DNA of 64,000 nt, taken from positions 832,001 to 896,000 of the forward strand of contig OY781066.1 of the NCBI GenBank assembly GCA_963676395.1, written 5' to 3'. The DNA comes from a bacterium (GTDB lineage Bacteria; Fidelibacterota; Fidelibacteria; Fidelibacterales; Fidelibacteraceae). Position numbers and translations under genes: made by a program. The notes under the pieces were generated by a model. The model did no database searches, was not told the origin of the DNA, and worked only from the letters and a program-made list of their open reading frames with translations. Positions 41,143 to 53,177 of the stretch are shown piece after piece (position 1 is the first letter of the stretch; each line of letters begins with the position of its first letter).

Positions 41143-42756
41143 ATGAAAAAGAACAAAGTTATTGTCGTTGGTGGTGGTATGTCAGGTTTAACCGCTGCAG
41201 CTTTTCTTGCAAAAGAAGGAATACCTGTAACGGTCATTGAAAAAGAAGATCAGGTTGGCGGACTCGTCTGCTCATTTGAACGTGATGGATACATATTTGA
41301 TGGCGGTCTCCGTGCCGTTGAAAGCTCCGGTTTGATCATGACCATGATCAACGACCTTAAACTTGATGTTAAATTGATCAAAAGCACGGTTTCTCTGGGG
41401 ATAGGCAATACAATTCTTCCCATGAAAGAAACGGATGATATAAAGAATTTTGAAAAACTACTTAAAACCCTTTTCCCAAAAAACTCTGATGAAATCGACA
41501 TCATCATGAACGATATTTATGATGTTATGAAATATACCATGGTACTGCTAGGTGGTGATGCTCCTGTTTACCAGGAAGAGGGAAACAAAGAAAAACCCTC
41601 GGTCAAAGCCATGTTAAAGTGGCTCAAAGAACTTATTAAGGCAATTCCGAAATTAAGGAAATATCGTATATCTGTTGAAGAACATCTGGCAAATATCACA
41701 AACAATCAAGCCTTGATCGATGTTATCATTCAACATTTTTTCGATGGGACACCCGCTTCTTTTGCCTTGAGTTATTTTCTTTTCTATTTTGATTACAACT
41801 ATCCTCGCGGGGGAACCGGAGCGCTTACACAAGACATAGAGCGCTACATAACGGAGCATTCGGGCACCGTGATAAAAAACACCAAAATCGTATCCGTAGA
41901 TCCCGAAGACCAAAGCATTCTTGATAGCAAAGGAATTAAATACGATTATGATCATTTGATATGGACGGCAGATAATAAGTATCTTTATAATATTGTTGAT
42001 ACCGATAAAATCAAAAGTAAAAAAATCAAAAAACCAATTATTGAGAAACAATCGACTGTTAAGGATCTGCGTGGTGCCGAATCAGTCCTGAGTGTGTATC
42101 TTGGTGTTAATAAAGATCCTGAATATTTTGCAAAACGCACAACCGAACATATCTTTTATACACCGGTTGCAGAAGGGTTAAGTGTTGCGAAAGTTGCTGA
42201 TATGCGAAAATGGATAAAAGAGAGCAAACCCGATAGCAGTGAAGAACAAAAAGAATATATTAAAAACTTTCTCAAAAATTATTTTTATTATAACACCTTT
42301 GAAGTTTCATTCCCCGTTTTGCGGGACCCCGAATTGGCACCTAAAGGAAAAACCGGCATGATCGTTTCACTTTTATTTGATTATGACCTATGTAAATTTA
42401 TTCAAGATGCCGGTTGGTACGAAGAATTTAAATTATTCAGCGAAGAGCAAATTATTGACCTTGTTGATAAATTTATTTTTCCTGATCTCAAAGAATCAAT
42501 TGAACTGTGCTTTTCGGCAACACCGTTAACAATACAGCGATACACCGGCACAACAGATGGCGCAATCGTGGGTTGGTCTTTTATGAACGAGCACATGCCT
42601 GTTCCCAACTCTATGATAAGCATGCCTCAGGCTATTAATACCGCCATCCCAAATGTTTATCAAGCCGGGCAGTGGAGTTATAGTCCGGCAGGATTGCCGA
42701 TTTCCTTATTGTCAGGTAAGATCGTGGCCGCTAAGGTAAAGCGAAAATGCAAATAA
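41143..42756 (+). CDS. Phytoene desaturase-like FAD-dependent oxidoreductase
   Basis: VGGGMSGL, VGG...F.RDGY.FD.G, YPRGG, ATPLT, YQAGQW. Confidence 0.85.
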   Translation: MKKNKVIVVGGGMSGLTAAAFLAKEGIPVTVIEKEDQVGGLVCSFERDGYIFDGGLRAVESSGLIMTMINDLKLDVKLIKSTVSLGIGNTILPMKETDDIKNFEKLLKTLFPKNSDEIDIIMNDIYDVMKYTMVLLGGDAPVYQEEGNKEKPSVKAMLKWLKELIKAIPKLRKYRISVEEHLANITNNQALIDVIIQHFFDGTPASFALSYFLFYFDYNYPRGGTGALTQDIERYITEHSGTVIKNTKIVSVDPEDQSILDSKGIKYDYDHLIWTADNKYLYNIVDTDKIKSKKIKKPIIEKQSTVKDLRGAESVLSVYLGVNKDPEYFAKRTTEHIFYTPVAEGLSVAKVADMRKWIKESKPDSSEEQKEYIKNFLKNYFYYNTFEVSFPVLRDPELAPKGKTGMIVSLLFDYDLCKFIQDAGWYEEFKLFSEEQIIDLVDKFIFPDLKESIELCFSATPLTIQRYTGTTDGAIVGWSFMNEHMPVPNSMISMPQAINTAIPNVYQAGQWSYSPAGLPISLLSGKIVAAKVKRKCK

Positions 42757-42757
42757 A

Positions 42758-44050
42758 CTAACTCGTCTTAGCCAATGATGATTTATACACTTCAATAGCT
42801 CTTAAACGTGCCATGGCGTGGTCAACCATCATATCCGGATAATCTGATGTATATAGATCCGGCAACCATTTTTTAACATATAGCTCATCGGGGTCAAATT
42901 TTTTCTGCTGAGTTATCGGGTTAAATACTCTAAAATAAGGCGCCGCATCACAGCCTGTTCCGGCCGACCACTGCCAATTCCCATTATTCGACGACATTTC
43001 ATAATCCAACAATTTCTCGGCAAAATATGCTTCGCCCCAACGCCAATCGATCAATAAATGTTTACACAAGAAACCTGCCGTAATCATACGAACGCGATTA
43101 TGCATATAACCCGTAGCATTTAACTGCCGCATGCCGGCATCTACCATCGGATATCCCGTTTCACCGTTTTTCCAGGCATAAAACTCATCAGAATCGTTTC
43201 GCCACGCAATGTGATCATATTTTGACCTGAAATTATTGTGTTCAACATGGGGATAATGATAGAGTATCTGCATAAAAAATTCACGCCATATCAGCTCATT
43301 TAAAAATGTATCATGACATAACGCCTGCTTGATAATTTTTCGAACACTGACAGTACCAAAACGTAAATGAACCGACAAATAGGATGTTTTATCAAGAGCG
43401 GGAAAATCTCGATACGCCTCATAATCACATAAGATACTCAAACTATAATCTCGCACACTTATCGGTGATGACCGGAAGCCCAGAGCACTTAGTTCAGGTA
43501 AAGGACTTTCATGTTTGAAAAACAAACCTATCTTGCAATCATAGTCCGCAAGCTTCAGCTCCTTAAATTGAGTTAGCCATTTATTCTTGTATGGCGTAAA
43601 AACGGTATAGGGCATCCCATCATTTTTAAGCACTTCATGCTTTGCAAAAACAAGCTGATCTTTATATAGTTTAAGCTCAATACCTTTTTTAGCAAGAAGG
43701 GTTTTAATTTCATTATCTCGATCTCTTGCATAAGGTTCATAATCTTCATTGGCATATACTGTTGCGATATCAAAGTGCGCCATTAAATACTCAAAACTCT
43801 CCTTAACACTTCCCTTTAGGCAATATATTGAAGCGTCTTGGTCTTTTAATTTTTTGTTCAGCTCCAATAATGTTGAATGAATAAATGTCAAGCGCGCATC
43901 ATCTTTATTAAGATCACAAAGAATATGATCATCAAAAATAAAAACCGGTAAAACCGGTAGCGGGTCACCTAAAGCGTGGTGCAAAGCATGGTTGTCGTCA
44001 AGGCGCAAATCCCGCCGAAACCAAAATACCGTTACTCTATTTAAACTCAT
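42758..44050 (-). CDS. phrB: Deoxyribodipyrimidine photolyase
   Basis: WFRRDLRLDDN, LIWREF, GETGYPMVDAGMRQL, MHNRVRM, NNGNWQW. Confidence 0.9.
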   Translation of the reverse strand: MSLNRVTVFWFRRDLRLDDNHALHHALGDPLPVLPVFIFDDHILCDLNKDDARLTFIHSTLLELNKKLKDQDASIYCLKGSVKESFEYLMAHFDIATVYANEDYEPYARDRDNEIKTLLAKKGIELKLYKDQLVFAKHEVLKNDGMPYTVFTPYKNKWLTQFKELKLADYDCKIGLFFKHESPLPELSALGFRSSPISVRDYSLSILCDYEAYRDFPALDKTSYLSVHLRFGTVSVRKIIKQALCHDTFLNELIWREFFMQILYHYPHVEHNNFRSKYDHIAWRNDSDEFYAWKNGETGYPMVDAGMRQLNATGYMHNRVRMITAGFLCKHLLIDWRWGEAYFAEKLLDYEMSSNNGNWQWSAGTGCDAAPYFRVFNPITQQKKFDPDELYVKKWLPDLYTSDYPDMMVDHAMARLRAIEVYKSSLAKTS

Positions 44051-44216
44051 AAATCAATTTATCCAATTCACTTACATTTTTACAACACTTTTCTTATCAC
44101 TTGCTTTCCTATCACACATTATTTTATTATTTAAATTTGTGATTATTCTTATACTCATATCCCATTACTATGACGAAGCAATTTAGGGGATATAAATAGT
44201 TTTTATCAATCAACGC

Positions 44217-45098
44217 TCAATATAATCCACTATTTCCAAACAGACTAAACTCAATAAAAATCCTATCGGGTCTATCAACATCTGGTACTAAATTGATGTT
44301 CATAGCCTTATGTACTGCATTTTGCAATAAAACTCTGATAGCATCTGCATCATAACCGATTGACATTTCAAAAGCATTATATTTAATTGTGGCAAAAAGT
44401 AATCCCAAGGTATAGTCACCACCAAATATATCACTAAAGTCATAATATAAATGTGACCCACGAGAAATCTGGGCAGAGTAATCCCCGTGCCAGATTTTAT
44501 AGCCAAGTGTCAAACCCCATAAATACTCATCTTGATTCACATATATACTTACTTCACCGGCCGCAGATCTAAAGCCATCGCGGTAAGCGGCATAAGCATC
44601 ATTACCAAAATTGATAACCAGCAATTTGTTTGAAAAATTCCAGGTGTAAATATATTGTGCAAAGGGTTGAGATGTGCCATCGGTATCGAAATAATAAGTA
44701 TAGCGTTTTGCAAAACTATAACGAAAAGGACGCTCCTCCAGCCATTTCGAATCACCAAACTCAGAGTCTTGCCCCCAGCCTAACATTATCGTTCCGCCTG
44801 TCTCAAGAATGGCTGAATATCCCGGCAAGCCGAAGTGACTTAAATATCCGGTAGCATTGATATCCGCCTTTACTCCTATTCCTAGAGGTAACTTAAAAAA
44901 AGGCAGCCAAACAAAGGCATCGGCATTTATACCCAGGCCATTCCTGTGTGATCCAATGTACAAACTCGGACTATATGAATAATTGAATTCCCCTCTTTTT
45001 TGAACAAGGTGAATTGGCTCGAAATGAACAGGAGCAACACCAAACGTGTTAGCAAAAACCAATGATACACAAAGTAATAATCCGCTTAATTTCTTCAT
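44217..45098 (-). CDS. Secreted or outer-membrane protein with Ntox23-like domain
   Basis: Signal peptide; ND, DGFR (DxxR) and IR..LQN..H motifs; beta-rich. Confidence 0.5.
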   Translation of the reverse strand: MKKLSGLLLCVSLVFANTFGVAPVHFEPIHLVQKRGEFNYSYSPSLYIGSHRNGLGINADAFVWLPFFKLPLGIGVKADINATGYLSHFGLPGYSAILETGGTIMLGWGQDSEFGDSKWLEERPFRYSFAKRYTYYFDTDGTSQPFAQYIYTWNFSNKLLVINFGNDAYAAYRDGFRSAAGEVSIYVNQDEYLWGLTLGYKIWHGDYSAQISRGSHLYYDFSDIFGGDYTLGLLFATIKYNAFEMSIGYDADAIRVLLQNAVHKAMNINLVPDVDRPDRIFIEFSLFGNSGLY

Positions 45099-48000
45099 GT
45101 TGTTTTCAGGCTTGATATAACCTCCAAAAGCTTCACCAATTCAATTGGTTTCGTAACAAAGGCATTACAACCGGCAGCATAACTTTTCTTTTTGTCACTG
45201 GATAGAGCATATGCCGTTTGACTGATAATTAAAACCTTCTTGTTGAATTTACGGATCTCTTTTGTTGCATCAAGACCATTTAACACAGGCATTTTTACAT
45301 CCATTAAAATCAGCTCCAGATCAGAGTTCTCCTTGGCCATTTCCACAGCTTCCCGACCATCACAAGCACGCATCAAAACATCGACATATGGTTTTAAACC
45401 AATAGATAACAACTGAAAACTTATGTCATCATCTTCAGCGATCAAAACCTTTGAAAGCTTTAAGTTTTCGTGCTTATTTTCAATCACATCATCAACTTTA
45501 GAAATCTTATTTGACTCTCCTACGGGTATAAGCACATGAAAACATGACCCTTCTCCTACTTCTGATTCTAAGCGGATCGTTCCACCCATCATATCCACAT
45601 AACTTTTAACAATGCTTAAGCCCAGGCCGGCCCCATCATAGGCATTATTACCACTAATGTCTTCTTGAACAAATCTATCAAAAACAGCATCCTGACGCTC
45701 CTTTTTGATCCCGGGGCCCGTATCTTTAACAGAAAATGAAATTTTATCATCAAGCCTCTTGGCACTTACTGTAATGCTTCCCTTTATGGTAAATTTTATA
45801 GCATTCTTAATCAAATTTCGAACGATAGCATTAAACTTAACAACATCCAAATCAACAACATTATATAAAGGATCTTCTTGCTCAAAAATAAATTTCAAGC
45901 CCTTATCTTCCGCTAATGGTCTAAAAAATTCACATATATCATTAACTAATTTACATGGCACAACTTTTTCAAGATGAAGGACTTCCTGACCGGTCTCAAT
46001 TTTTGATATATTGATCAGATCATTAACCGTATCCAACATACGTTTGCCACTTTTTTGAATAATATTAATATAATATTCTCTTGTCTCTGAACTGAGTTTT
46101 GGATTTTCCAGGAGAGAAGTAAATCCCAAAATGCCATTCATTGGGGTGCGTATCTCATGGCTCATATTTGCTAAAAATGAAGATTTTAACCTGTCGGATT
46201 CCTCAGCTTTTTCCTTTGCAAAAATCAAATCATTTTCAACTTCTTTTCGTTTTGAAATATCAATAAAGTTTAGGATGAATAAATCCTCATAAAGTAAAAA
46301 CGCGGTAATTTCTAAGGTCCTATCGTATATCTCAAAATATTCTTCATAATTAATAGTTTTCCCTGTATTAATAACACTGCCATACAGGTTTACAAACTTT
46401 TTGCATGTCACCGGATCCATCATCTCTGATGCTTTTTTCCCTTTTATTTGATTTAACTCAAATCCCGTATGATGTTTAACGGATTCATTCAAATCAATAT
46501 GTAAAAAATCACAATATTCATTCTGTTCATTTTTCAACATTTTACAAACAATAATTCCAAATGGTGATTTTTCATATAAATTCCGAAACTTCTCTTCACT
46601 TTCCTTAAGCTTGTTTTCATTCTTTTTTCGCTCTGTGATATCTCGTCCCACTCCAAGAACACCGATTACTTTATTGTCTTTATTTATTAATGGGGTTTTA
46701 ATTGTTTCAAGAATTTCACTGTGACCATCGTTGGCAAAAGTAATCTCTTCTTCATTAACAGATGGGTGATTAGCCTTCATGGCCATTTGATCATGCTGCG
46801 TAAAAAAATCAGCCAACTCTTTATCTAAAAAATCATAATCCGTTTTTCCGATAATTTCTTTTTGAGAGTATCCAAAAAAATCTTCAAACCTTTTATTGCA
46901 ATTCAAATAAACCCCATTTACATCTTTTAACCATACCAGATCAGGAGTTGCATTTATAATTGTTTGAAGCATTATTCTGTTTTCTTCAATATATTCATTA
47001 GCCTCAAGAAGAGCTTGATTGTTCCTGGCCAATTCTTCGTTGTAAGCCTTTAGTTTTTCCTCAGATTTCCTTCTATCGGTAATATCCCAATTAACACCAA
47101 TCATGCTTTTGGGAGTACCATCAAGCTCCCGAGTAACAATGGCATGGGCTTCGAGATGACGAATCTGCCCACCTGGCCATATTACACGAAATTGAGTATG
47201 GAACTCCTTGTCCCCGGCAATAGCATCTTGAACTTCAAAATCCATCCTTTCCAAATCATCGGGATGAACGCCATTTTTCCATGCTTCGTAGGCAGCAGTA
47301 AAATCTTCTGCTTCTATACCATATAGTTCAAACATACGCTTATCCCAGGTCAATGTATTATTCTAGAGATCAAGCTCCCAAATCCCTATACTGGCAGATT
47401 CTGTTGATATTTTTAACCTTCTCGTTATATTTTTTATTTCTTCTTCACTTTTTTTCCTTTCGGTTATATCAACCAAAGAACCCACAATACCACTTACTTT
47501 TCCATTTTCAACAATTGGTGCTTCTCTTACTTCAACCAATATTTTCTGTCCATCTGCACGTCTCAATTCCAGCTCATAGGTACCTTGTCGCTCCCCGGTC
47601 TCTATTGCTTTTTGGGTCAGCTTATAACCATGTTCATTTATCGGATTATCCGTAACAAATTCAGTCCACTTCTTAATAGCATCCTTTGGCTCACACCCCA
47701 AATATTCACGAACTTGCTGAGAAACAAATGTTAGCTGATTATCTACAGTGTGGGAATAAAACATATTTGTACTGTTCTCAATAATATTTGTTAATATTTT
47801 TTCTTTTTCTATTAACTCTTTTTCAGCTTTCCTTTTTTGAGTAATATCTTGAACTGTGGAAACCATTATATTTTGATCGAATAATGGAATATTATAAGCA
47901 TGCACTATTTTTTTTAGTCCATTTTGCGTTGTGATCTCCAAATCATCCCAGTTCATTCGTTCGGGATCACCACTTTCAATATCCATCATGATCCGTTTTT

Positions 48001-48994
48001 GCAACTTTTCTCTTTTATCGGGATCTGGAAACACTTTTTTAAAAAAATCAAATATAGTTGGAAATTGTTCTATTGACCATCCATAGATATCTGAAAATTT
48101 GGGATTTATATAATTTATCTTCTGTGTGTCCATCTCATTGGTTGCGATACCTATTGGGAAATTATCCAAAATCATTTGAACAAAAGAATTTTGATTTTTC
48201 AACTCTTCCAAATTGTTCTGTGATTCTGTTATATCATTTACAAAGCCCAAAATTCTATTATCAGATAATTTAACACCAGCGATTTCCCAAAAACGCTTCT
48301 CAGCATTCTTAGGAATATATCCGATAACATTTCGAGCAAAACCTTTATTTTTTACTAATTCAAAGTATTGTAGTCCTTTTTCAATTTCGGATTCTTGCAG
48401 AAGGTCAACAATATGTTTATTCAACAATTCGCTCTCGAAATATCCGGTTATCTTACATGCTGCAGGGTTTACTTCAAGGTATTTACCGGATTCGTCCAGC
48501 AACAATACACCATAAGGTGCGTGATCAATAAAAGAACGAAATTTAGCCTCATTTTCAGCAAGAATGGCTTCAACTCTCTTGCTTTCAGAAATATCCATGA
48601 ATGTTCCAATGGTCTTCAAAGGCAATCCTTTTGTATCATAAAAATTTCTTCCAATTCCATGAATATGTACAATATTCCCATTCTTTTGAACAATTCTAAA
48701 TTCAACATCCATAGATATTTTTTCTTCTAAGGAAGTTCGGATATGGTCCCTAACCATATCAACATCATCTTTATGGACATAGCTTATAAAATCTTCATGA
48801 CGGCAATCAACTCCCTTTTCATTTTCTCCAAGTAATTTATAAAAGCCCTCTGACCAATAGCCTTCTCCTGTTTTCCAGTTTCGCTCAAAGAATCCCAAGC
48901 CTGCAATTTTCTCACCTAAATTTACAATCTCTTGATGTCTGACTTGCTCTTCGCTTTTCTGAGATATTGAAATTTCGGACTTTTGCTTGTTCAT
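45095..48994 (-). pseudogene. Multi-PAS hybrid sensor histidine kinase/response regulator with in-frame TAG at 47363-47365
   Basis: ORFs 47363-48994 and 45095-47353 share a frame and read GIWELDL*NNTLTWDKRMF, a continuous PAS start; H-box FLANMSHEIRTP, GAGLGL, receiver LMDVKMP. Confidence 0.8.
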
Positions 48995-49300
48995 AATCAG
49001 GGCCTTTGATTTAGGGTAAAGTAATCCTGGCAGCTTATCATTTTTTTATAAATATAAGCCGCGAACTATTGATCGAATCATAAAAACATCTTATAGGTTT
49101 TCTCAATACACTTTTTTGACCATGCTTTTTTATGCTACTATCAAAATAAGTCATACTTTGACTAATGACAACAGAAAAAATGTGCCTCAAAAACACAGCT
49201 CCCTTATGTAGTAAAAAATGAAATCAATCTTCCGGCAATGAAGAAAACATTGAATTGGCTTATCCTACTCGACGAGTATATAATCGTGATACTAATTAAT

Positions 49301-49329
49301 AAAAGCCACCTTTAACCAGATGGCTTTTT
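49301..49329 (-). terminator. Intrinsic terminator
   Basis: aaaagcca...tggctttt hairpin after the 49364 gene. Confidence 0.6.
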
Positions 49330-49363
49330 ATTTAAATATTTATGATGGTTTAATAATTCTTTT

Positions 49364-50839
49364 TTATCTTAAATACATTACTTTTTGAGCATCCATATGA
49401 TCCTTAGAAACAAAGCGAATAATATACATTCCGGAACCAATGTTTACAGGTTGCCAAAGAATGCTATGTTCGCCGCTTCCCTTGACTTCATTTACTAGTG
49501 TCTCAAGCAAATTTCCTTTTAAATCATATACGCTAATAGATACCATTGCCTCTTCCTGCAATAAATAAGAAATTGTTAAGGCAGGATTGAAAGGATTAGG
49601 ATACAGCGTTTTTAAACCAAAACTTTCAGGCATGTTATTTTCGTTTTCCGGATAGTCTTCCCGAAGTATATCATGCCACACAACAGTACCTGAAAAATCC
49701 ACATCAGCCACGCGATATTCATAACTTAAACCTGGAATAACTTCGGCATCGACAAAACTATATTGATACGTTTCATATGTTGTTCCCTGTCCTTTAAGAG
49801 CATCATCATGTGTATAATCCGCTAGTCGTTCCCAAGAAGTATCTCCACTTATACGTTTTTCAAGAATAAAACCCTGATTCTCGGTTTCACTTTCCGTAAT
49901 CCAAATTAAAGTGATTCCTTCAGGACCGGTTTCGGCAGTAAATGACGCTAACTCAATTGGTGTAGCAGATTCTGCCGTTGTCACCTCTTGGTACACAGTA
50001 TAATCGCTAGTACCGTCTTCATTTCTAGCCCGAAACCTCACATAATACGTTGTACTTACATCTAAGCCACCAACTTCTTCAGTTGGTACAAGCATTTCCG
50101 TATTACTTTTAACAATGTTTGTAAATGATGTATTGGTACTTACCTGATAATCCCAGTGCGTAATGCGATAATCTTTTTTGTCGGTCAAAGTAATTGTAAA
50201 AGATGTTGGCTTGACGTCAGATAATGTGAATACCGGATTAACAGGAGTAGACCAAGTCCAATAAACATCAAACTCTATCTTATAATATCCATTAATGCCA
50301 ACTGTACCGCAATCAACATAATCGACATCGCTTTGCTCGGCATTTTTAAAATCAGTCCATATACCTCGTGCATGGTTTCCGCTAATGTCATTATCGTAGT
50401 CGATGTCATAACTATAGAATTTATCCTTGCTGCTTTCATAGGTACAAGGTGTGCCGTTTTGTTCCTCCCAAGCTTCTATGGTAATATAAATATTATCGGC
50501 ATTATCAAGACACGTTCCAGACCATACCTCCTCTGTATCTCGTGTATACCACTGACCTTGATTCCAAGCACCATACGTACCTACATTTGTCAAATAAACA
50601 CATTTATAAGGCGACCACGAACCAGATGAAGAAGATGAACTTACCATCCCCCGGAAATGCCATGTAGGATCGGCATACGAGAAATCACCAAACCCGGTTT
50701 CATCGACACGAGCATAGAAATCATCAGTACGAATTTTATAATCCATTTTTTCCTGCGCAAAAGCATTGCCACAAACAATGAGTAACATGACGAGCACTTG
50801 TAAAAACATAATTTTTAATTGAACTTTTTTCAATTTCAT
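49364..50839 (-). CDS. Secreted FN3-domain protein with YPNPFNP C-terminal sorting domain
   Basis: Signal peptide; STTYYVRFRARN (FN3); PIELASF..W.TESETEN.GF module; YPNPFNP. Confidence 0.8.
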   Translation of the reverse strand: MKLKKVQLKIMFLQVLVMLLIVCGNAFAQEKMDYKIRTDDFYARVDETGFGDFSYADPTWHFRGMVSSSSSSGSWSPYKCVYLTNVGTYGAWNQGQWYTRDTEEVWSGTCLDNADNIYITIEAWEEQNGTPCTYESSKDKFYSYDIDYDNDISGNHARGIWTDFKNAEQSDVDYVDCGTVGINGYYKIEFDVYWTWSTPVNPVFTLSDVKPTSFTITLTDKKDYRITHWDYQVSTNTSFTNIVKSNTEMLVPTEEVGGLDVSTTYYVRFRARNEDGTSDYTVYQEVTTAESATPIELASFTAETGPEGITLIWITESETENQGFILEKRISGDTSWERLADYTHDDALKGQGTTYETYQYSFVDAEVIPGLSYEYRVADVDFSGTVVWHDILREDYPENENNMPESFGLKTLYPNPFNPALTISYLLQEEAMVSISVYDLKGNLLETLVNEVKGSGEHSILWQPVNIGSGMYIIRFVSKDHMDAQKVMYLR

Positions 50840-50992
50840 CTCCTGTTTATTACTTAAAAAAAACACCCTAATATACAAGTAGAACTTATACAGTAATAAT
50901 TACACAGAAAATATCAATGTGATGAATGGGACAATATTATATAAAATGACAGGCTTTACATTTGTTCGAATTAAACTATTGTTGACAATTAA

Positions 50993-51847
50993 TCAGGTAT
51001 TAAATGCATTAAAATGCTCTTGGGGAAAGCTTCTGGAAACAGGAATAGTAAATTCAAGATTGGAAATATACAAGCTAAGGTTCCTTGCGTTCCCAGTGAC
51101 CTTTTTTACATTTTCAAGATTAACTAAAAATGAACGATGACAGCGCTTTATATTGCTGTATGTATTTAACTGTTCCTCAATATTCGCAATTGAATTTCGA
51201 ATAAGTTTTGATTTAACATTTTTTTCATGACGATAGAAAACCATCAAATAATTTCCATCTGCTTTTATGCATAGCAAATCATTTAACTCAAGTTCAATAT
51301 TTTCATTTTTGTTCTTAGATAAAATACTAATGTTTGTGCTCTCATTATTTCTATCAGTTTTGTTAATTTTATCTGTAATGGTCGAAGCAAATTTCTCATT
51401 CTTCCTAGCCAGAAATTTTTCAATAAGCAATAATAAAAATATTGTCGGCGTGATCCCCACTGCAATTGTAGAAAACAGAAAGTAAAATAGACTCTTTTGT
51501 TGAATAATCTCTTTCCCGACAGTTGAGTTATAAATCCAATTTAATGGAGTCATGATGAGAAAAAAAACAAGGGTATATAGCATGAATTTTCCCAATGTCC
51601 ATTTGTCAAAATCAAAGAAATTCTTAAAAACACATGGAAGAACAAAAAAACAGAATAATGATATCAGTAATGTAATTAAAGAGTAACCTGATATAAATAG
51701 TGCTTTATTATGTTCAATTTCCGACATGCCAAATGGCTGAAATACGTAAAGAAAAACTAAAATAAACCCTGATAAGAATATAGACGCAAGCAGTCTATGA
51801 TTTCTTTTTTCGATAAAGGGAAACGGTTTGCTTAAATATTTATTCAT
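50993..51847 (-). CDS. Membrane-anchored LytTR family regulator
   Basis: 4 TM segments; IKADGNY, RCHRSFLVN, IPVSR. Confidence 0.88.
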   Translation of the reverse strand: MNKYLSKPFPFIEKRNHRLLASIFLSGFILVFLYVFQPFGMSEIEHNKALFISGYSLITLLISLFCFFVLPCVFKNFFDFDKWTLGKFMLYTLVFFLIMTPLNWIYNSTVGKEIIQQKSLFYFLFSTIAVGITPTIFLLLLIEKFLARKNEKFASTITDKINKTDRNNESTNISILSKNKNENIELELNDLLCIKADGNYLMVFYRHEKNVKSKLIRNSIANIEEQLNTYSNIKRCHRSFLVNLENVKKVTGNARNLSLYISNLEFTIPVSRSFPQEHFNAFNT

Positions 51848-51992
51848 ATCATTATTTTTTTCTTTAAGAGAATTATCAATTGCTGTGTTAAAGCGCTCTT
51901 ACTCTCCTATAATTAAAATCTATCGAATATACCTTAATATCTTTTCATAAACATGTTGCTAAATTGCTCTTATTCAATTCCCAATAATAATG

Positions 51993-53177
51993 TCATGCAC
52001 CATAATAGTCTTTAAGTATTTTATTAACAAGAGGACGATAATATTTCCAAAAGAATATTGCTCGTTCATTAACGGCCGAGCCATAAAACAAAAAATCAAA
52101 CTTTTCAATGTGCTTATAATAAGATGTTCTCATTGAAATTTTATTATCTGCAAAATCACCGGCAAAATAATAATATGGATAATCCTGATTACTTTTAATA
52201 ACAGCAGGAAATACGTTTGGAATATTCCACCTGCTAAGTGTCGAATCCCCCTTACTATTGCTAACAATATGGTACTCTGAAATAACATCATTCTTTGGTC
52301 CACTTGAACAAATATCAAACCAAAACGAATATTTCAATACGGCAGGTAGACCATAAGGTTTAGTATACTGTGAATTTGTGATAATGATAGGAATATCTTT
52401 AATCAAATGAGTTTGATCTTCTAAAATTATTATTTTGTCATCATTTCGTACAAAAGCTATCCCCGATTCAGTAAATGGCCATTGACCATTATTCTGCTCC
52501 ATATAATTATTAACAAGCCAATTGGGTAACTCCTTATTGACATTTGTATCTAAATCATCAAAATAACGTCCAACCCACCCGGACCAATCAATATCGAACT
52601 CATCTTCATATCTTAGCCGGATATAATGTGGGGTTGGTGAAGCGATAATATTAAATTCATTTATTATTAGCTTCCTTTGATTTTTCATTAATCTAAGTAA
52701 CTCTAATTCATTTCTGTTCAACCCCCCATAGATTAATGGTGATCTTTCACCAACATCAATAGGCGGATACTTTGGTTTTATAAAAGGATACTCATCATAC
52801 CACTCAGCCCAATACATACCATAGGCATCAGTGTAGTAAATCATATCATATTTAAGAGAAAGCTGCTCTAATTCTTTTTGATTTATAGGCTTTATATCAC
52901 TTATCTCATACCCACCTTTTTCATCAGGAAAGAAACCCGAATAATCAAACATGGGTAAATAGATATTACCATCCGGTTTTACATATCTATTATTATTTAA
53001 TACCCAATTAAAGGATATATGCTCTTGATAGGTATGATTTAAAACGGTTTTGTCTAATATAAATATTTCTGTGTGTTTCTTTTTAGAATACCTCCAACCC
53101 CATTTCATAAATTGCGGAGTAAGCAATAATAGAACAACTAGTAAAACAGGTATAAATATCATTAAGAATTTCTTCAT
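51993..53177 (-). CDS. Hypothetical membrane-anchored protein
   Basis: 394-aa ORF with N-terminal TM and RBS; function not recognised. Confidence 0.7.
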   Translation of the reverse strand: MKKFLMIFIPVLLVVLLLLTPQFMKWGWRYSKKKHTEIFILDKTVLNHTYQEHISFNWVLNNNRYVKPDGNIYLPMFDYSGFFPDEKGGYEISDIKPINQKELEQLSLKYDMIYYTDAYGMYWAEWYDEYPFIKPKYPPIDVGERSPLIYGGLNRNELELLRLMKNQRKLIINEFNIIASPTPHYIRLRYEDEFDIDWSGWVGRYFDDLDTNVNKELPNWLVNNYMEQNNGQWPFTESGIAFVRNDDKIIILEDQTHLIKDIPIIITNSQYTKPYGLPAVLKYSFWFDICSSGPKNDVISEYHIVSNSKGDSTLSRWNIPNVFPAVIKSNQDYPYYYFAGDFADNKISMRTSYYKHIEKFDFLFYGSAVNERAIFFWKYYRPLVNKILKDYYGA

